Sequence record: MT023084.1
Length of the DNA: 49,832 bases
Origin: Citrobacter phage IME-JL8
Reading direction: 5' to 3' (one strand)
Below the pieces are notes generated by a model, which was not told the origin of the DNA, ran no database searches, and saw only the letters and a list, made by a program, of their open reading frames with translations. Within the stretch, counting starts at the first letter, position 1, and the number at the start of each line of letters is the position of its first letter. Shown piece after piece: positions 45,190 through 49,832 of the stretch. The position numbers and the translations under genes are program-made.

Positions 45190-45297
45190 TTAAAATCCGC
45201 TGAAGTTGCCAGCCAAAGACAGAACCCACAAGAAGAACCCGGTAACAGCTACGCCAGCAACGAAAGGTACTACGGTTTTGATTATGAAGTCTTTCAT
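45190..45297 (-). CDS. 35 aa membrane peptide, second holin-like candidate
   Basis: MKDFIIKTVVPFVAGVAVTGFFLWVLSLAGNFSGF. Confidence 0.5.
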   Translation of the reverse strand: MKDFIIKTVVPFVAGVAVTGFFLWVLSLAGNFSGF

Positions 45298-45320
45298 TTG
45301 TCTATCTCCTTTGTTTTGAT

Positions 45321-45370
45321 GGGGTAACTATAACTCGTTACCCCGCGTTTGTCTTTAGCTATTCGTGCTA
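45321..45370 (-). promoter_or_regulatory. operator-promoter-hairpin module (TAGCACGAATAGCTA, 22-23 nt, TATAGT, GGGGTAA/TTACCCC)
   Basis: palindrome 45356..45370. Confidence 0.75.
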
Positions 45371-45371
45371 T

Positions 45372-46505
45372 TTATTCGGTCATTTCCGGGCGGTAGATGA
45401 AGCGCCCAACTTCGCCGAACTTCTTGTCGTACACGATAACCGCCGCTTGTCGGTATGCCCGCCAGCCGCCCCGCGCCGCGTAAGCGTCTTTAGCGCCTAA
45501 CTGCCCGTGTACTTCGTCAATCCCTAGCGTGTGCTCGGTGATTGTTTGATGATGCCAATGTCCGCTATGAGTGTAAACGTATTTACTGTCGCCGAACTCT
45601 TCGCGAAAGTCCGCCGCCATAGCCGCTAAACGCGTGTCGGCTTTCTTCATCGTGTGACCGTGAGTGTAACCCAACAGCGTTTTGCCCCACTTCGTTTTAT
45701 GTAGAATCATCGGGCTTACATCAACATAGACGCGCGGTTCGTTGTCGTAATATGCCGCCATTGCAGCGCGTAGCCAAATCATCCCGGCTTGATCGTGGTT
45801 GCCTTCAATGATTTGCACTTCGACTTCTTCGTGTTTCTCAAGCATTTTTGAGATAGCGCGGCGCGTCGCCCGGATTGCTACATAAACCAGTTTTGCATAG
45901 CGTGAATCTTGATCCAGAACGTGTCCGCTTGCAGGTGTAACGGCGTCCAGCCCGTCACTATGAAGGAAGTCACCGCCGATTAACAGTACGGCTTTTTTGG
46001 CTTCAGGCGCTACCGTTACGGCGTAGTCGAAATACTTATTCAATACTTCTTCGGCGATATCGGTTGAATAGTTTTCGCCGGATTCGTGCTTGTGGGCTAA
46101 CGCGCCGATATGAAGATCGAATACCGGGTAAAGCGCAAGCAAGCTTTCTTCAGTGCTCGGCGTGGCGTCGCTCGGAGTCGATCGCGGAAGGTCTTCACAA
46201 AATGCGATTTGTGCCGCCTTCATTAGTTCGTAAATCTTTTCTTTGTCCTGATCGGTCTTAACCCAACGAACGACTTCGGAACCGTCCGCGCGAATCATTG
46301 TCGAAGTACCTTTGACCGCGAAACCTGTCGGGACGTTAGCCGCTACGTGCTTATTGCCGTGGAAGTGGCCTTCTTTCGCTAACTTGGCGTGACGCGCTTC
46401 GACGGTGCGAATGTGCATTCCGTATTTTTCCGCGATCTCGCGAAGAGTTAACCCGTTACTACGTTCTTCGATAAGCTGTTCGGTTGTGATTTTTGCAGTT
46501 GACAT
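45372..46505 (-). CDS. calcineurin-like metallophosphoesterase with N-terminal HTH segment
   Basis: DLHIG, GGDFLHSDG, GNHD, THGH, SGHWHH; N-terminal SNGLTLREIAEKYGMHIRTVEARHAKL. Confidence 0.8.
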   Translation of the reverse strand: MSTAKITTEQLIEERSNGLTLREIAEKYGMHIRTVEARHAKLAKEGHFHGNKHVAANVPTGFAVKGTSTMIRADGSEVVRWVKTDQDKEKIYELMKAAQIAFCEDLPRSTPSDATPSTEESLLALYPVFDLHIGALAHKHESGENYSTDIAEEVLNKYFDYAVTVAPEAKKAVLLIGGDFLHSDGLDAVTPASGHVLDQDSRYAKLVYVAIRATRRAISKMLEKHEEVEVQIIEGNHDQAGMIWLRAAMAAYYDNEPRVYVDVSPMILHKTKWGKTLLGYTHGHTMKKADTRLAAMAADFREEFGDSKYVYTHSGHWHHQTITEHTLGIDEVHGQLGAKDAYAARGGWRAYRQAAVIVYDKKFGEVGRFIYRPEMTE

Positions 46506-46590
46506 ATTTTTACATCCTTACATTACAATTAGATAAATGATAGTGAAAGCTATTGCGGGTGTGAATACTACACCAAAAAAGCCGAACATG

Positions 46591-46836
46591 CTACTTCTTC
46601 CTAAGCCAGTTTACAAGATCTGAAGGTATCATGCTTTCGCCGCTATCCTCGAATACCATCATATTTTTTAGTGGGCTATACCACATTTTTATATATCCGC
46701 CTCCGCGACTACATAGAACAGTTTCAAAGTCAGAAGGCAACCAATCAGAGAAAGGAACTATTTTAAACACTTCGCCTTCTATTTCAATTTTAGGGTAGTA
46801 ATCAAAACTACCGTTTAAGCCGGGTAGATTTGCCAT
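46591..46836 (-). CDS. hypothetical protein
   Basis: 81 aa ORF. Confidence 0.5.
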   Translation of the reverse strand: MANLPGLNGSFDYYPKIEIEGEVFKIVPFSDWLPSDFETVLCSRGGGYIKMWYSPLKNMMVFEDSGESMIPSDLVNWLRKK

Positions 46837-47080
46837 TCTTCTGACTCTCCTTAAATTCCTTCATTATGCGTTTGCCTTCTTCCCGGTAATATTCCAGACC
46901 GGGAACAGCCGGGACGCGGTGACATTTGCGGGGAAGTTCTTCAATGTACGTTATCTTCCCGTTGCCAATAATACTAACGTCCTTAATGTCGAAATACTTA
47001 GCAATTAGTGCGATCCCGTCCGCAAGCCCTGTTTCTTTTGCGTGTTCCCACACCGCCCGCTTTCCAGATTCTTTAATCAT
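46808..47080 (-). CDS. hypothetical protein with an operator-like site inside the coding region
   Basis: 90 aa ORF. Confidence 0.45.
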   Translation of the reverse strand: MIKESGKRAVWEHAKETGLADGIALIAKYFDIKDVSIIGNGKITYIEELPRKCHRVPAVPGLEYYREEGKRIMKEFKESQKNGKSTRLKR

Positions 47081-47267
47081 TAATCACCTTCTCTACATCC
47101 TTAATGAAGCTTTCCACTTCTTCGACGCTTGCGCGGTAATATGCCATTTTAAGAAACTTCATAGCGATATCCCAATCGAAGTTACCCGCGTGATATGTGG
47201 TTAACTCTACGCCTTCACGCGCTGAAGATTGAGCCATTTCGAAAAAGTGTTTATTGATGCGAGTCAT
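47073..47267 (-). CDS. hypothetical protein
   Basis: MTRINKHFFEMAQSSAREGVELTTYHAGNFDWDIAMKFLKMAYY... Confidence 0.5.
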   Translation of the reverse strand: MTRINKHFFEMAQSSAREGVELTTYHAGNFDWDIAMKFLKMAYYRASVEEVESFIKDVEKVIND

Positions 47268-47292
47268 TTGCTTATCTCCGTTTCGTTTTGAT

Positions 47293-47341
47293 GAAATAAT
47301 AATACCCGACTTTCGCCGGGTACGTTTAGCAATTAGTGCGA
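47293..47341 (-). promoter_or_regulatory. operator-promoter-hairpin module (TCGCACTAATTGCTA, 22 nt, TATTAT, TACCCG/CGGGTA)
   Basis: site 47327..47341. Confidence 0.7.
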
Positions 47342-47560
47342 TCTGACGCCTAAGAATTCGCGCAAGTCGTTTTGTATGATTGAATCCCACAATTCGAACG
47401 GCTGATTCTTTATCTCTTCGAATGACATATCAAGGCAATCCGTAAAACTCCACAAGTCGCCGTCTACCATTTCTTCGACCATCGCGCTTTCAATCGCCGC
47501 GCACACCATTGCACGATACAGGAGGAATAATTTATTCTCGCCGATAAGTAAAAGTTTCAT
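47333..47560 (-). CDS. hypothetical protein, stop inside operator
   Basis: 75 aa ORF ends GVRSH*. Confidence 0.5.
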   Translation of the reverse strand: MKLLLIGENKLFLLYRAMVCAAIESAMVEEMVDGDLWSFTDCLDMSFEEIKNQPFELWDSIIQNDLREFLGVRSH

Positions 47561-48273
47561 TAAATATTCCTCGCTTTTGCACGTTTATTTTTCACTGAAG
47601 GGCAAATGTCCGCAATGCTCACATAATGCGTTTGTTGTGTCTCGCCTTCTTTAAGTTGGCGAATGACGAACAGAACAGAGCCTTTGTTATTTCCGTCTAC
47701 TGGCTTCCCGGTAGCGCCCGAAATGAAGGCCAACCGTCCAGATCTGGCGAATTCCGTTCCGTCGATATCTTCCCACAAATCACCCTCGATCCAGATGATT
47801 TCCGCCGCGTTACGTCGCGCTTCTGTAAACCATGCCGTAGAGTTATCGGCAGGTAACAGCATATCAATCTGGTTTCCGTGTTCCATTTGCTCGATCGCTT
47901 TCTTAACGAACACGTCCGGGCGACTATATGGCGGATTTAGCCAAACGTGTTTATTTTTACCCCACCAGCGTTTTAAGCAGTTTGTTTCCTGCGAATAAAA
48001 CTTGTCGCACACTTTATTTTCTTCGCTGGCGGCGGCGTCAAGATCATATTTACCGAAGCGGCCTTCCATATATGCCACGACTTCGCGCGGAGTAGACCAT
48101 AAGTCGCGAACCGCGTCCGGCGTATTGGTTCCCTTATATCGGCGACCGGATACGATATCTTCAGGGCGCGGCCTTACATATTGATAATGACCGCCAGTTA
48201 CTAACCCGGCGCGGGCAAACTCGCAACCTGTGCCGAATGTGTCGATTGTCACTTTATCGTTTTCGTCTTTCAT
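47560..48273 (-). CDS. phage DNA N6-adenine methyltransferase
   Basis: STPREVVAYME..YDLDAAASEENKVCDKFY...VWLNPPYSRP. Confidence 0.85.
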   Translation of the reverse strand: MKDENDKVTIDTFGTGCEFARAGLVTGGHYQYVRPRPEDIVSGRRYKGTNTPDAVRDLWSTPREVVAYMEGRFGKYDLDAAASEENKVCDKFYSQETNCLKRWWGKNKHVWLNPPYSRPDVFVKKAIEQMEHGNQIDMLLPADNSTAWFTEARRNAAEIIWIEGDLWEDIDGTEFARSGRLAFISGATGKPVDGNNKGSVLFVIRQLKEGETQQTHYVSIADICPSVKNKRAKARNI

Positions 48274-48276
48274 CGC

Positions 48277-48588
48277 TTATGCTCCGTAAATTTCGCACTG
48301 AAGGTTAGTAATTTCGTGGCTATTGGAAAGCATCTTCCCGGTGAATCTGTCGCGAATCAATGCCGTGTTTTTGAAGAACTGATAGCGCGACTTGTAATTC
48401 AGGACAGAACGAAAATCTTGTCCGTGAACTTTACCGCCAATCGTTAACGCTTCGGTTACGGCGTTATATTCGATCTGCTCGGTGTATTCGTGACCGTCGA
48501 ACGTGTAGTCGCAATCATAATTAATATTGAAATCCTTCGCGCTAACTGAAGCGGCGAATAACATTGCGAGAAGTGCTAATTTTTTCAT
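48277..48588 (-). CDS. secreted small protein
   Basis: MKKLALLAMLFAASVSAKD signal peptide. Confidence 0.55.
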   Translation of the reverse strand: MKKLALLAMLFAASVSAKDFNINYDCDYTFDGHEYTEQIEYNAVTEALTIGGKVHGQDFRSVLNYKSRYQFFKNTALIRDRFTGKMLSNSHEITNLQCEIYGA

Positions 48589-48611
48589 TTCTTTGTCTCC
48601 GTTGTTTCGAT

Positions 48612-48660
48612 GAAGCTATTATGCCGAATTCCCTTTCGGCTGTTTTAGCTATTCGTGCTC
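48612..48660 (-). promoter_or_regulatory. operator-promoter-hairpin module (GAGCACGAATAGCTA, 22 nt, CATAAT, GCCGAA/TTCGGC)
   Basis: site 48646..48660. Confidence 0.7.
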
Positions 48661-49074
48661 TTTTAGCATTTCTGCGACAGCTAATTTAAATTGCTCTACG
48701 CCATAGGCGACGGCGGCGAATCCTCCACGTTCGCGAACCTTACGCAAGAAAGATTTCTGTTCGTCGCTGACTAGTGACGCCTTTCCTTTGCCCGACTTAT
48801 TGACGCGCTTCAATTCGATAGCGCCGAACGGGTAGCGGTGATTAAAACCAATCAGGAACACGAAGTCGCTAACGCCTTTCAATAATCCCGATTGCTGATC
48901 TATCATCGCCGTAACCTTGCTTTTCTCGTTCTCGTTCACGCTATGCCAGAACAGTAATTCAGGATGCCGAACCTTAACGAACGATGTACTTTCAATCTGG
49001 TGATTAACCTCCTTCCGTGTGTCGCTTGGATCGCGTTCGTAGAATTCTAAATAGTCGCCTTTGTCGGTAATCAT
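48649..49074 (-). CDS. VRR-NUC-like nuclease
   Basis: GLLKGVSDFVFL...FGAIELKRVNKSGKGKASLVSDEQKSFLRKVRERGGFAAVAYG. Confidence 0.75.
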   Translation of the reverse strand: MITDKGDYLEFYERDPSDTRKEVNHQIESTSFVKVRHPELLFWHSVNENEKSKVTAMIDQQSGLLKGVSDFVFLIGFNHRYPFGAIELKRVNKSGKGKASLVSDEQKSFLRKVRERGGFAAVAYGVEQFKLAVAEMLKEHE

Positions 49075-49832
49075 TCTGGTATTTCCTCCATGCCGAAATC
49101 TTTACGGCTGATTAAGTCTTCTTTCTTCGCGTTCTTGCGGTGCGTCACGCGAACCGGGGCGGCGATGTGGTGCGCGTACTGCATGATCTTGATTGCGTTC
49201 TTCATGCCGATGAAGTATTTACGCATTTTCGGATCTGATACGTGCGGCAACACGCCTTTAGTTTTCCACAACGTACCGCACACTTTCGCTTCGGATTCCG
49301 GGAAGAATCGTTCGTATGCGTTGAACTCACCTTCGCCGTTATCTAACACGTAATGGAATATTATTCCCTTTCTGTTTTTGGTCAACTGCACTTCGAACTT
49401 TTTAACGTCGTACCAATCGTTTTTCGTGTACGCCTTGCCGGATAACTTCAGGTTAGGATCGACTAACGACACATCGCAACAGCGACAGACACGCGCCACA
49501 ACGTCATTTTTCGCCCCGCATCCTTTTACAAGGATCTTGCCCGTTTTTTCGTCCTTCTGGTCTTCGCACGTTTGATACGTCCAGAAGTGCTCACATCGTT
49601 TTCCATCGATCACGTTAACGCAACGGCGGGCGTAAAAGCTGTTTTCGTGTCCGCATAGTTCGCATTTCTTCGGATCTTTACCTGTTTCAAATCGGCGTTG
49701 GTATTGCGCTTGCTCAAGTATCGGATCGAAATAAAGTTGCCCTAATTCGTCCATTGCCCCTGCGAAGTCCCAAACAAGATGATCTGTCTTCACCATTCCC
49801 GCTTCAATCTGCCATTTCTTCAGCAATCGCAT
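49071..49832 (-). CDS. C-terminal part of the same helicase, with Cys-rich zinc-finger-like clusters
   Basis: track ORF MRLLKKWQ... starts mid-protein inside GRG-M-RLL; CKLCGHEN and CRCC cysteine clusters. Confidence 0.88.
   Translation of the reverse strand: MRLLKKWQIEAGMVKTDHLVWDFAGAMDELGQLYFDPILEQAQYQRRFETGKDPKKCELCGHENSFYARRCVNVIDGKRCEHFWTYQTCEDQKDEKTGKILVKGCGAKNDVVARVCRCCDVSLVDPNLKLSGKAYTKNDWYDVKKFEVQLTKNRKGIIFHYVLDNGEGEFNAYERFFPESEAKVCGTLWKTKGVLPHVSDPKMRKYFIGMKNAIKIMQYAHHIAAPVRVTHRKNAKKEDLISRKDFGMEEIPE
49758..49832. repeat. 75-bp direct terminal repeat, right copy
   Basis: identical to positions 1..75. Confidence 0.97.

Noticed and set aside
30458-48660. Repeated palindromes as CRISPR, transposon ends or integration sites
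   Set aside because: Spacing is irregular and follows gene junctions. There are no unique uniform spacers, Cas genes, transposase or target duplications, and each copy has a conserved distance to a -10 box.
1-49832. tRNA genes, integrase, DNA polymerase, reverse transcriptase or retron
   Set aside because: None recognized in translated ORFs or by eye. A dedicated tRNAscan-SE/HMM search would be needed to exclude them.

Overview
The window looks like one complete, circularly permuted dsDNA tailed-phage genome of about 49.76 kb, lambda-like siphovirus type with a Gram-negative host. Its first 75 nt are identical to its last 75 nt. A single SF2 helicase ORF (about 683 aa) runs in frame across the junction (1365..1 joined to 49832..49071). 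The minus-strand block 8.2-29.2 kb encodes small and large terminase, DUF1073-like portal, head morphogenesis protein, DUF2213-like protease/scaffold, two paralogous head proteins, major capsid, tail tube, G/GT frameshift chaperones, tape measure, and M/L/K/I/J-like tail-tip proteins. A tail fibre with an S74-type chaperone domain, SSB, ERF annealase, PD-(D/E)XK exonuclease, primase-like Zn-ribbon protein, DUF3987-like ATPase, HTH protein, dNMP kinase, HAD phosphatase, metallophosphoesterase, adenine methyltransferase, VRR-NUC-like nuclease, endolysin, u-spanin and holin candidates are also present. No integrase, DNA polymerase, tRNA or CRISPR was seen. The main novelty candidate is a genome-wide regulatory punctuation system. 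A 15-bp palindrome, TAGCA-N5-TGCTA, recurs in more than 20 intergenic junctions, normally 21-23 nt upstream of a -10 box, so it is centred near -42. It is often fused to the stop codon of the preceding gene. It is followed by a second inverted repeat that encloses or abuts the -10; the arm sequence changes between copies but pairing is kept. At capsid, terminase, J and the HTH gene itself the same palindrome instead overlaps or lies downstream of a canonical promoter. This suggests one phage regulator that activates accessory/early genes and represses late genes and itself. A second candidate is a roughly 300-bp composite element duplicated in the two large AT-rich divergent intergenic regions (about 7.5-7.8 kb and 38.05-38.33 kb), possibly origins or master early control regions. 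All family calls come from reading motifs by eye; no database search was run.
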